Below, in pieces: positions 1 through 7,289 of a stretch of DNA of 11,912 nt. Position 1 is the first letter of the stretch, and the number at the start of each line of letters is the position of its first letter. Source of the stretch: Gammaproteobacteria bacterium (lineage in GTDB: Bacteria; Pseudomonadota; Gammaproteobacteria; JABXHR01). The notes beneath the pieces are model-generated. The model was not told the DNA's origin. It did no database searches and worked only from the letters and a program-made list of their open reading frames with translations. Made by a program: the position numbers and the translations under genes. Where the stretch lies: assembly GCA_013373515.1 (NCBI GenBank), contig JABXHR010000283.1, forward strand, positions 1 through 11,912, read 5' to 3'.

Positions 1-65
1 CCCTCTGCGGTGAAGGCATATAGCCCCTCACCCACTTGTGAGAAGCTGATTTTCTTCTCGCTCAT
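1..65 (-). CDS. Hypothetical protein, N-terminal 21 codons only (gene continues leftwards beyond window)
   Basis: Minus-strand ATG at 65..63, preceded by a weak AAGG Shine-Dalgarno, translates MSEKKISFSQVGEGLYAFTAEG with no stop before the window edge. It sits 22 bp downstream of the FAH-family gene on the same strand, so it is probably in the same operon. The N-terminus does not resemble maleylacetoacetate isomerase. Identity unknown. Confidence 0.3.
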   Translation of the reverse strand, partial: MSEKKISFSQVGEGLYAFTAE

Positions 66-87
66 ATCGCCTTGTGAGGCAAATTTC

Positions 88-1098
88 TTAGTCATTTTGA
101 ACCACTACTGTTTGCTCTATTGCACCAAAAATCGACCGACCCTCATCGTCTAGCATTTCGATTTTGACGGTATCACCGGCGGCCATAAATGGCGTCTTTG
201 GCCCGCCGTGTAAGATTGTTTCGACTGTACGCACCTCGGCTAGGCAGGAATAACCCAAGCCTCCCTCAGAAATCGGCTTGCCCGGCCCGCCATCAGCGTC
301 TTTGTTGGAGATGGTGCCAGACCCAATAATACTGCCCGCGCATAGTGGCCGCGTCTTGGCGGCGTGCGCCACCAGCTGCGCCATATCAAACACCATATCG
401 ACATGGGTTTGCGTGCGTCCCAGAGGCGAACCATTCAAATCAACCGCCATCGTGCCCTGAAGTTTGCGGCCATCCCAGCGTGCGCCTAGCGCGTCTGGCG
501 TCACAGCCACCGGCGAAAATGCGCTGGAGGGCTTGGATTGGAAAAAACCAAACCCCTTGGCGAGTTCACCTGGAATCAACCCACGCAGCGAAACGTCATT
601 AACCAACATCAGCAGACGAATCGCCTCAGCGGCTTGCTCCACTTTTGCGCCCATCGGCACATCGTCGACAATCACAGCAATTTCCGCTTCCATATCAATT
701 CCAAGCCCATCGATGGGCGGAACCGAGATGTGATCGCGCGGTCCAATAAAGCTGTCACTTCCGCCCTGATACATCAGTGGATCAGTCCAGAAGGTCTCGG
801 GCATCTCAGCGCCACGGGCCTTGCGAACCAACTCCACATGATTGACATAGGCTGAGCCGTCGGCCCACTGATAGGCACGCGGCAATGGTGAATGGCAATT
901 GGACGCAGCAAAGGCTTCACCGAGTGTGTCATCATCGGCCAATGACTCTGACAATGCGTACAATGCTGGCGCAATTGTTGCCCAATCATCCAATGCCGAT
1001 TGTAGGGTGCCGTCAAACGGCAAATAGCGACTGAGATCATCACTGACCACCGCCAATTGGCCGTCTCGGGTACCGTCCTTGATCGTGGCCAGTTTCAT
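88..1098 (-). CDS. Fumarylacetoacetate hydrolase (FAH) family protein, probable terminal hydrolase of the homogentisate pathway
   Basis: 336-aa ORF with FAH-fold hallmarks (GPRDHISVP..., metal-binding acidic cluster EAEIAVIV, glycine-rich [10 protein letters not shown]...GGPGKP). Its start ATG (1098..1096) overlaps the hmgA stop TGA (1097..1095) as ATGA, indicating translational coupling with hmgA. At 336 aa it is shorter than canonical fumarylacetoacetase (~430 aa), like the FAH-family gene found in Vibrio-type hmgA operons. Confidence 0.8.
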   Translation of the reverse strand: MKLATIKDGTRDGQLAVVSDDLSRYLPFDGTLQSALDDWATIAPALYALSESLADDDTLGEAFAASNCHSPLPRAYQWADGSAYVNHVELVRKARGAEMPETFWTDPLMYQGGSDSFIGPRDHISVPPIDGLGIDMEAEIAVIVDDVPMGAKVEQAAEAIRLLMLVNDVSLRGLIPGELAKGFGFFQSKPSSAFSPVAVTPDALGARWDGRKLQGTMAVDLNGSPLGRTQTHVDMVFDMAQLVAHAAKTRPLCAGSIIGSGTISNKDADGGPGKPISEGGLGYSCLAEVRTVETILHGGPKTPFMAAGDTVKIEMLDDEGRSIFGAIEQTVVVQND

Positions 1099-2405
1099 GC
1101 TTTTACTCCAGGTGTTCCATCAAATTTCTTTTCTAATCCCGACCAACAATCGGCGTAGTTTTTCTGCAAGAGCGGACTCTCGGCCGCAAAGCGCGTTGGA
1201 TGTTGCGGGAAACGGGTTTCAAACATAAAAGCCAGTGTGTCACGCATTCGTTCGGGCTTCAGTTCTGCATTGCTAGCGCCTTCAAATGAAGCATGATCTG
1301 GCCCGTGCGGGAACATCATATTGTGCAAGCTCATGCCGCCTGGGCTGAAACCATCGGGTTTGGCATCGTATTGCCCTTTTATGAGACCCATAAATTCCGA
1401 CATGATGTTTCGGTGAAACCAAGGCGGCCGGAAGCTGTGTTCCGCAACAGACCAACGCTCCGGGAAAATCACAAAATCGATATTAGCAGTGCCTTCCGTG
1501 TCAGTCGGCGAAGTCAGCACCGTAAAAATCGACGGATCAGGGTGGTCAAACAGCACCGCACCGACCGGTGAGAATGTCCTTAAGTCATACTTGTAAGGAG
1601 CATAATTGCCGTGCCAGGCGACCACATCTAGCGGGCTATGACCGATTTTGGTCGCGTAAAAGCGCCCGCACCATTTGTAAACCAGCGTGTGCGGTGTATC
1701 GAGATCCTCATAGGCAGCAACAGGGGTTTTAAAGTCGCGCGGGTTCGCAAGACAGTTGGCTCCGATCGGTCCACGATTGGGCAAGGTCAGCTTTGCACCG
1801 TAGTTTTCCAATACATAGCCAATGGCACACTCATCTAGCACTTTGACCTTCACGCCCATGCCACGAGGCAACACGGCAAGTTCGTTCGGCTCAACTTGAA
1901 TCCGACCCAGCTCCGTGTGTAATTCCAATCGCCCCTGCTGCGGAAGTATCAAAAGCTCGCCGTCAGCGTTGATCAAAACGCGATCTTCCATCGAGCAATT
2001 GCAGCTATACATCCCCGCTGTCATGCCCGAGTGCGTGTTGACGTCGCCCGCCGTGGTGATCGTGTAGAGGCCATCGATGAAATCCACTTCCTCAGTTGGT
2101 GCTGGGAATGGATTCCAACGATATTGGCCAAACGCCAGCACGTGCTGCTCAGCATAAGGCGCCGTTTTCCAGTGTGGAACCGTCACCTCGCTAAACGAAA
2201 CGCCATGACGCACTGAGGGACGGATGCGATACAACCACGAACGCTCGTTTTGCCCATGTGGCGCGGTAAACGGTGAACCACTCAGCTGTTCGGCATACAG
2301 GCCATAGTTACACTTTTGCGGAGAATTTTGACCTTGCGGCAAGGCGTCGGGCAATGATTCGGTTTCGAAGTCGTTGCCAAAACCGGGCATGTATTGCAAT
2401 GACAT
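1095..2405 (-). CDS. hmgA: Homogentisate 1,2-dioxygenase
   Basis: Full-length homology signature of Hmg[32 protein letters not shown]-terminus, cupin-fold core, ~436 aa. The ORF track starts at a TTG (2423). The ATG at 2405..2403 gives the canonical MSLQYM start and is preferred. The stop overlaps the FAH gene start. Confidence 0.9.
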   Translation of the reverse strand: MSLQYMPGFGNDFETESLPDALPQGQNSPQKCNYGLYAEQLSGSPFTAPHGQNERSWLYRIRPSVRHGVSFSEVTVPHWKTAPYAEQHVLAFGQYRWNPFPAPTEEVDFIDGLYTITTAGDVNTHSGMTAGMYSCNCSMEDRVLINADGELLILPQQGRLELHTELGRIQVEPNELAVLPRGMGVKVKVLDECAIGYVLENYGAKLTLPNRGPIGANCLANPRDFKTPVAAYEDLDTPHTLVYKWCGRFYATKIGHSPLDVVAWHGNYAPYKYDLRTFSPVGAVLFDHPDPSIFTVLTSPTDTEGTANIDFVIFPERWSVAEHSFRPPWFHRNIMSEFMGLIKGQYDAKPDGFSPGGMSLHNMMFPHGPDHASFEGASNAELKPERMRDTLAFMFETRFPQHPTRFAAESPLLQKNYADCWSGLEKKFDGTPGVKA

Positions 2406-2417
2406 GATTGAATTTCG

Positions 2418-2458
2418 TTTCAAATGAACAGATTTACGTATATTCTGTTCATTTGAAA
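2418..2458. promoter_or_regulatory. Perfect 15-bp inverted repeat (TTTCAAATGAACAGA-N11-TCTGTTCATTTGAAA), candidate operator in the divergent hmgA / MarR promoter region
   Basis: Read directly from the sequence: arms 2418..2432 and 2444..2458 are exact reverse complements, separated by tttacgtatat. It lies 13 bp upstream of the hmgA ATG and 25 bp upstream of the MarR ATG, and overlaps plausible -35/-10 elements for both divergent promoters. This is the typical geometry of a dimeric wHTH repressor site. Confidence 0.5.
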
Positions 2459-2482
2459 TGAATTACAAGTTTTTTTGACGCC

Positions 2483-2929
2483 ATGACGAGCCAAATTTTT
2501 GATCTAGAACAGTACTTGCCCTACCTCGCCGCGCGGTTTGCAGGCCGTATCAGCCGTGCGCTGGCCGCTCGTTATCAGCAGCAATTTGACCTTAGTATTG
2601 CCGATTGGCGAATCATTGCTAACTTGTCGCAATTCGACGAAGTCTCGGTCAAGGACATCGTGGCAAGAGTGGAACTTGATCGCGTCAAAGTGACTCGTGC
2701 CGTGCAACAGTTGGTGCAGCGAGGGCTGTTGAGTAAGCACATCAATGCAGGAGATCGTCGACTGGTAAAATTGTCACTTACCCCGCAGGGCGTGGCGCTA
2801 TTTCAGGCACTGAAAACCATTGCGATACAGTTCGAACAAGAGGCGCTTTACGGCCTCACTGACGATGAAAAGCATACGCTAACCCACCTATTTTCCAAGA
2901 TTGAGAACAACTTACGTGAGAATCGATAA
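2483..2929 (+). CDS. MarR-family winged-helix transcriptional regulator, probable local regulator of hmgA
   Basis: 148 aa, the MarR size class. It has a central wHTH pattern (SVKDIVARVELDRVKVTRAVQQLVQRGLL...DRRLVKLSLTPQG). It is divergent from hmgA, with the palindromic operator candidate between the two genes. Confidence 0.8.
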   Translation: MTSQIFDLEQYLPYLAARFAGRISRALAARYQQQFDLSIADWRIIANLSQFDEVSVKDIVARVELDRVKVTRAVQQLVQRGLLSKHINAGDRRLVKLSLTPQGVALFQALKTIAIQFEQEALYGLTDDEKHTLTHLFSKIENNLRENR

Positions 2930-3189
2930 ATTAGAATGGCTATTCGTTAACCATTTTTAAGAAAATTTGAATTAATTTAATTTATCCAACACGCAACTTT
3001 CCATTCGGCAACATCATCAAAATCAAAGATCACGAAGCATGATCCCCACTAACATCACCAAAATATTGCAATTTACGCCGTTTCCTAATAAAAGTTAGCG
3101 TAAACTATCAGCTAATAGCACTGTCTTTTCTCCGTTATTGACGTGAAACATTTATTTGCTGCTATGACAACCGCCCCTTTTCACCGCAA
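2930..3189 (+). promoter_or_regulatory. AT-rich 260-bp intergenic region upstream of the GGDEF-EAL gene (promoter region; weak hairpin+T-run after the MarR gene)
   Basis: No ORFs here; AT-rich. A weak 5-bp hairpin AATGG-N11-CCATT followed by TTTTT at 2935..2958 could be a feeble terminator for the MarR gene. TTGACG at 3138..3143 is followed by TATGAC at 3163..3168 after a 19-nt spacer; this is only a weak sigma70-like match. The region is much longer than needed for a simple promoter, which suggests regulatory input. Confidence 0.3.
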
Positions 3190-5160
3190 GTGGATATGCG
3201 CTGGATGAATACACGAGTAGATGACCACGATCTCACCAAAACTTCCCTTTCCAGAAGGCTGACGCTGATCATCGCCCCCATCCTGCTTTCAATCAGTTTG
3301 ATCGCGGGTTACTTGGTGGGTCTCTACAGCCAGAAGCTAGAGTACCAACGGCTTACCGAATCTCGCCAAGATCAGACCGACAATATCACGCTATTGATCA
3401 CTGATCAGGTGAGCTATTACCAGTACCATGTGGCAAGTGGCATCGCCGAAACACTGCGTCGTGCAGGCGAAGTGACTGCGCTCGAATTTATCGACAACGA
3501 CGATGTCAGGCGGGTCGCGGTAGGAGATACTGACGACCGTCAAACCGCTACGACGTCCATTGAGCTTCTCAATCGCCAACAAAGCTTTGTCGGCACCTTG
3601 TACCTCTGGTTTCCAGAAATCGATGTGGTACTCGACTGGCGCTGGGTCGTGATTCCACTGAGCAGCGCCGCTCTATTGTTGCTGTGTCTAGTGGCAGCGA
3701 TGGCTTTTATTTGGCGCAAACAGGTTGGCACACCGCTTAACCTAATTTACAACGCGATGCGCCAGACTCGCGGTGGTCGCGAAGTCCGCGTTTCCCTGCA
3801 ACGGGACGATGAGCTGGGCTACATCGCTGACAACTACAACCGAATGCTGGACCGCCTACAAGAGCATCGACGTGAAATAGAAGCGATGGCACATTACGAC
3901 CATCTAACCGGTGCAAGCTCACAGGCTTATTTTATTCAACGCCTTGAAACATTGATTAACTCGAAGAACACGCAGTCATACGAATTGTATTTTATTGATA
4001 TCAATCGATTTAAATGGATTAATGACACCTATGGCCATAGTGCAGGTGATCTTGTGATTAAAGCGTTCTATGAGCGTATCAAGGCGGCACTACCGCCAGA
4101 CACCCTGATAAGTCGCTTCGGTGGTGACGAGTTCGTATTTGTCATTCCGACCTCCGAGCTCGATCACCAGAGCGTTATAGCCAAGATTCAACTCGCTCAA
4201 AGCGCCGAATTCAAGATCAAGGGTGATATCGGGCTAAAGTTGACCGCCAGCATTGGTCACGCCAACTACCCTCAAGATGCCGGCGATTTTGAGCTACTAC
4301 TTCAAAAAGCCGACGCGGCCATGTATATCAATAAGCGACTAAGTGGCAACTGGAATAATTTAGACGCAACCACCCAGTACAGCTCACTCAATCGAGAAAA
4401 CCAACAGATATTCGCCATTTTGCAACACGGCAATTTCGAAGATGTGGTCACCATCGAATACCAACCCATCATTAATATCGACACCAATGAATTGAGCGCG
4501 CTTGAAGCGTTGCTGCGCTTGCACATCGACGGCAAAGTCATTCGCAATATATCGACCGAAACCATCATTCATTTGGCGGAGAAATCTGGTCTGATCAAAA
4601 ATATTGATCGCCAAGTCAGGCACGCAGTTTACACCCAAATTCAGCAATGGATGGCCGCAGGTATCTCAACGCCGCCAGTTCACCTCAACATCTCACCCGC
4701 CCTGCTCTCGGCAAGTCACTTCAAGCAGGAGCTAATCAAAGACACTGAGCAATTTGGTTTGAAAAACCGTAAAATTGTGCTTGAAATTACCGAGACTGTT
4801 GCGGTCTCGACAGATGCCCTGCCATTGATACAAAGTCTTAGACAAAGCGGTTTTCAGGTGGCATTGGATGATTTTGGCAAAGGCTACTCCTCACTTTCAA
4901 CACTTGCCAAGCTGCCTATCGATATCTTGAAACTAGACAAAGAGTTTTTCCAGTGTACAGAGGATCAAAAAGAGACCATTGCGCTGATTCGCTGCGTAGT
5001 TGATATGGCAAACGCTGTCGGTTGCAGGCTCATTGCAGAAGGGGTCGAACATAAACAAATTCACGAGGCGCTCGTTGCGCTAAATTGTCAATATGTACAG
5101 GGTAATTATTACGATTTCCCGATGTCTGCGGACGATATCAAAACCAAATATTTCACCTAG
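3190..5160 (+). CDS. Membrane-anchored sensor diguanylate cyclase/phosphodiesterase (periplasmic domain - TM - HAMP - GGDEF - EAL)
   Basis: 656-aa ORF with a GTG start at 3190; alternative ATGs at 3196 and 3205, no strong Shine-Dalgarno. Two TM helices (aa ~24-45 and ~153-175) flank a ~107-aa periplasmic region. HAMP-like linker at aa ~176-235. GGDEF domain with intact RFGGDEF (nt 4120..4134) and DINRFKWINDTYGH. EAL domain with EALLR (nt 4504..), LEITE, DDFGKGYSSL, KLDKEFF, AEGVEHK and QGNYY; all catalytic motifs are present. Confidence 0.9.
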   Translation: MDMRWMNTRVDDHDLTKTSLSRRLTLIIAPILLSISLIAGYLVGLYSQKLEYQRLTESRQDQTDNITLLITDQVSYYQYHVASGIAETLRRAGEVTALEFIDNDDVRRVAVGDTDDRQTATTSIELLNRQQSFVGTLYLWFPEIDVVLDWRWVVIPLSSAALLLLCLVAAMAFIWRKQVGTPLNLIYNAMRQTRGGREVRVSLQRDDELGYIADNYNRMLDRLQEHRREIEAMAHYDHLTGASSQAYFIQRLETLINSKNTQSYELYFIDINRFKWINDTYGHSAGDLVIKAFYERIKAALPPDTLISRFGGDEFVFVIPTSELDHQSVIAKIQLAQSAEFKIKGDIGLKLTASIGHANYPQDAGDFELLLQKADAAMYINKRLSGNWNNLDATTQYSSLNRENQQIFAILQHGNFEDVVTIEYQPIINIDTNELSALEALLRLHIDGKVIRNISTETIIHLAEKSGLIKNIDRQVRHAVYTQIQQWMAAGISTPPVHLNISPALLSASHFKQELIKDTEQFGLKNRKIVLEITETVAVSTDALPLIQSLRQSGFQVALDDFGKGYSSLSTLAKLPIDILKLDKEFFQCTEDQKETIALIRCVVDMANAVGCRLIAEGVEHKQIHEALVALNCQYVQGNYYDFPMSADDIKTKYFT

Positions 5161-5178
5161 CAACTCTATTTGCATATC

Positions 5179-5207
5179 TTGCATTACCAATCGAAACAGC
5201 GAATAAT
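5179..5207 (+). promoter_or_regulatory. Predicted sigma70 promoter for the SPFH gene (-35 TTGCAT, 17-nt spacer, -10 AATAAT)
   Basis: -35 TTGCAT at 5179..5184 (a second TTGCAT at 5170..5175), a 17-nt spacer, then -10 AATAAT at 5202..5207. This gives a TSS near 5214, an AAAGGAA Shine-Dalgarno at 5227..5233 and a GTG start at 5238. Pattern match only. Confidence 0.35.
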
Positions 5208-5237
5208 TATTGCGTTTAGCAACACAAAAGGAACATT

Positions 5238-6641
5238 GTGGAATTCATTATTTTGGGCGCGATACTGATCGCAGCCGGCTATCTGATTAACAACAAAATC
5301 CAACAACTTAACAACCTCCCTGTAAAACCATTATTAACTTTAATCGGCGCGGCTGCAGTGGGCTGGGGCGTTTTCACCGGCGCATTTTTCTATGCAGAGC
5401 CCGGTTACAAATACCATGTGCGCACCATTACGGGTAATGAAAGCATGGTCAAGGATGTTGGCTATAACATATACCTATTCGGTCGATATAACGCGTGGAA
5501 AAACGCCATGACGGTACAAGCCACCAAAGAAGGCTCCGGTACAGTTGTCGCCGAAGAAGAAAGCGCATCGACCAGTGCCAACTTGGGGCCGCAGACGCTG
5601 GTATTTTTGGATCAGGTCGACGCCGAAGTCACCGCGACCGCGCGTTTCTTGCTGCCCGATGACGAAACCAGCTTTTTACTGCTGGCCCGTCAATTTCGAT
5701 CACCAGAAAATTTGCTGCGCACAGAACTAATTCCTGCCTTTCAAGAAACGCTTGGCTCGACGGCATCTTTGCTGTCCGCAGAAGAGTATTTCTCGGGTGG
5801 ACGAACCCAATTCAATACAGAGTTCCAAAACCAAATGGAGCAAGGCATCTACAATGTCCGCCGCCGCGAGACCATGCAGCGCGTGTCACGTTCGCAAACC
5901 TCGAGCGCCAATGCAAGCTTAGGTATGGATCAACAGGATTTTGGCGATGACCAGCAAGTGGTATTCGTGGTAGAAAAAATCCTAGATGCCAACGGCCAAC
6001 CGCTTCGCAAGTCTCAGAACTTCTCGAAGTTTGGCATTTCTGTGGTGTCGGCGCGTATTACCGATGTCAATCCCAATAGCCGCTTCCGTGAACGTATGGA
6101 GCAAAAGCAAGCCGCAGCCGCAGCCAGAGCAGTTGCCCGCGAACAACGTGTTCAAGAAGAAGAGCAACGCCTCCTGGCCATCACCCGCGGCGAACGCGAA
6201 GTGGCCGAGCGTCAAGCCCAAGCCAAGGTGATCCAAATTGAGCAAACCACGCAAGCAGAGACTGAAAAACAGCTTGTAATTACCCAAGCACGTCAACGCA
6301 ACGAACAAGCCGAGATCGAACGTCAAACTGCGCTAATCAACCTTGAGCGTGCCAAGGTCGATGCCGAATCCAAACGGGTGGCTGCAGATGCTGCTGCCTA
6401 TGAAAAGCGTGCCATTTTGGAAGCGGATAATGCCCTACAGCAAAAACTCGAGGCATATGTGGAAGCGCAAAAATTCTGGGCGGATGCTTTTGCCAAGCGC
6501 AATGTTCCCACTCAAGTCTTTGGCGCGAACCAGTCAGGTGTTGGACAGGACAGTGATATCCAAACCTTTATGGATATCATGACCATGAAAGCGGCCAAAG
6601 ACCTATCTTTCGATCCCTCAATCGAATCGATTGGCAATTAA
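5238..6641 (+). CDS. Flotillin-like SPFH/band-7 domain membrane protein with a long C-terminal coiled coil
   Basis: 467-aa ORF with a GTG start and a good Shine-Dalgarno. Two N-terminal hydrophobic helices are followed by an SPFH-type core (…FGISVVSARITDVNPNSRFRERMEQKQAAAAARAVAREQ matches the conserved C-terminal SPFH block). Then comes ~130 aa of E/Q/R/A-rich heptad-like sequence, resembling the EA-repeat coiled coil of YqiK-type bacterial flotillins. Confidence 0.6.
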   Translation: MEFIILGAILIAAGYLINNKIQQLNNLPVKPLLTLIGAAAVGWGVFTGAFFYAEPGYKYHVRTITGNESMVKDVGYNIYLFGRYNAWKNAMTVQATKEGSGTVVAEEESASTSANLGPQTLVFLDQVDAEVTATARFLLPDDETSFLLLARQFRSPENLLRTELIPAFQETLGSTASLLSAEEYFSGGRTQFNTEFQNQMEQGIYNVRRRETMQRVSRSQTSSANASLGMDQQDFGDDQQVVFVVEKILDANGQPLRKSQNFSKFGISVVSARITDVNPNSRFRERMEQKQAAAAARAVAREQRVQEEEQRLLAITRGEREVAERQAQAKVIQIEQTTQAETEKQLVITQARQRNEQAEIERQTALINLERAKVDAESKRVAADAAAYEKRAILEADNALQQKLEAYVEAQKFWADAFAKRNVPTQVFGANQSGVGQDSDIQTFMDIMTMKAAKDLSFDPSIESIGN

Positions 6642-6839
6642 TGTGGTCGAACGGCGTGCACTCGGGCACGCTTGGGAGCTTTTAAAAGCCCCTCGCATCT
6701 TTCGCGGGGGTACTTGAGGGGTCGACCCTACGACGCTCTGAGCGAGGAAACGTTCGATGCGTCGTTGGGTACTAACGTGGGCAATGATAATCGAGTCCAC
6801 CAACCGCCGAGCGACTTGGAACGCACAAGGCGTAGCCCC
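6642..6839. other. GC-rich, hairpin/palindrome-dense convergent intergenic region (candidate structured RNA, bidirectional terminator cluster or decayed repeat element)
   Basis: No credible ORF; several short overlapping ORFs in different frames are typical of non-coding GC-rich DNA. The region contains consecutive stable hairpins and perfect palindromes:
- GCGTGC-ACTCGG-GCACGC (6654..6671);
- GCTTTTAAAAGC (6678..6689) inside GGGAGCTTTTAAAAGCCCC;
- CCCC(T)CGC-atctttc-GCGGGGG (6689..6710);
- GGGTCGACCC (6719..6728);
- ACGACGC-N22-GCGTCGT (6730..6765) with an inner GAAA-containing hairpin;
- AACGTT;
- CCTTAAGG (6838..6845).
GGGTACT recurs at 6708 and 6767. Confidence 0.3.
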
Positions 6840-7289
6840 TTAAGGCCACCGATAGGCCAAACCAGCGCACAGGCTAAAAAACGCCGCCCAATAAGGCAAA
6901 GCGCCTGACAGTAACAACTCAAAAATCACTTCTGATGTGGTCCATGTGCTGCCAGTCATTGCCATGTATGACCAACAGAGGCCGTAACTTAGCCACAAAA
7001 TACTGACATAAACGCCAATCACTGCAATCAAAGTTCGCCCAGTCATCCCGCTGATTGCGCGACTAAGCACTGCAACACCAATGCTCACCATCAGTGCCAG
7101 CGCAATTGAAACCCACAAATGTTCTGCGATAACCCCCTCGTAAACCGAAAGTCTGCTCAGTGCAGTCACCTCAGCCATGTGCGGCCAAAGACTCCCCCAA
7201 AAGAAACTCAAGCCACCGAGCCAAATGGCCCAAAAACTCACCAGTAAGACACGCATCTGCCACCTGGTCGCTGACCTAAATACACGCAC
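6840..7289 (-). CDS. Small hydrophobic inner-membrane protein, 4 predicted TM helices, unknown function
   Basis: 149-aa ORF from a GTG at 7289. A more likely ATG start at 7256 (MRVLLVSF...) is preceded by AGGTGG. Four hydrophobic stretches of 18-25 aa (LLVSFWAIWLGGLSFFWGSLW; LWVSIALALMVSIGVAVL; LIAVIGVYVSILWLSYGLCWSYMAM; VIFELLLSGALPYWAAFFSLCAGLAY). No recognisable family. Confidence 0.5.
   Translation of the reverse strand: MRVFRSATRWQMRVLLVSFWAIWLGGLSFFWGSLWPHMAEVTALSRLSVYEGVIAEHLWVSIALALMVSIGVAVLSRAISGMTGRTLIAVIGVYVSILWLSYGLCWSYMAMTGSTWTTSEVIFELLLSGALPYWAAFFSLCAGLAYRWP

Noticed and set aside
240-1043. Several 60-105-aa ORFs on both strands inside the FAH gene (240..434-, 278..460+, 345..602+, 464..733+, 538..855+, 774..1043-)
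   Set aside because: They are fully nested in a well-supported 336-aa FAH-family CDS. They have low-complexity, Arg/Pro/Ser-rich compositions typical of off-frame translation of GC-rich coding DNA.
1293-2216. Plus-strand ORFs 1293..1571, 1638..1838 and 2031..2216 opposite hmgA
   Set aside because: They are antisense to the highly conserved hmgA CDS. They have no Shine-Dalgarno sequences and Arg-rich junk composition.
2433-2443. TyrR box (TGTAAA-N6-TTTACA) in the spacer of the hmgA operator
   Set aside because: The spacer tttacgtatat contains TTTAC but lacks the paired TGTAAA half, so it is not a TyrR box.
2504-2740. 78-aa minus-strand ORF inside the MarR gene
   Set aside because: It is nested antisense in a conserved regulator gene, with no independent support.
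3138-3168. Possible CRP-like or TyrR-like site and sigma70 promoter (TTGACG ... TATGAC) upstream of the GGDEF-EAL gene
   Set aside because: The -10 match is poor and the spacer is 19 nt. The TGTGA-N6-TCACA-like half-site (gtgaaaca) has no partner. It is kept only as a note within the regulatory-region feature.
3391-4647. Minus-strand ORFs (3391..3582, 3540..3731, 3737..3922, 4302..4568, 4384..4647) opposite the GGDEF-EAL gene
   Set aside because: They are antisense to a CDS with intact domain signatures. They are short and overlap each other.
5545-6582. ORFs 5545..5730+, 5982..6326-, 5986..6231+ and 6343..6582+ within the SPFH gene, including a Gly/Cys/Leu-rich 114-aa antisense ORF
   Set aside because: They are generated by the repetitive GCA/GCC/CAG codon content of the coiled-coil region. 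They are nested in the better-supported SPFH CDS.
6642-6850. Considered whether the structured region is tmRNA, RNase P RNA, 6S RNA, SRP RNA or a group II intron domain V (the ACGACGC...GAAA...GCGTCGT hairpin looks superficially similar)
   Set aside because: None of the universally conserved sequence blocks of these RNAs are present on either strand. Missing are the tmRNA acceptor/T-arm and tag reading frame, the RNase P GGAAAGUCCGG / AGGGTGAAA motifs, and the domain V AGC triad at the correct position with the AC bulge. The region is also too short for RNase P or tmRNA.
6618-6922. Small ORFs 6618..6803-, 6672..6908+ (TTG start, Arg/Pro-rich) and 6728..6922- across the structured spacer
   Set aside because: They overlap one another in three frames, with non-ATG starts, no Shine-Dalgarno and biased composition. 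This is characteristic of non-coding GC-rich DNA. The region is better explained as RNA or DNA structure.
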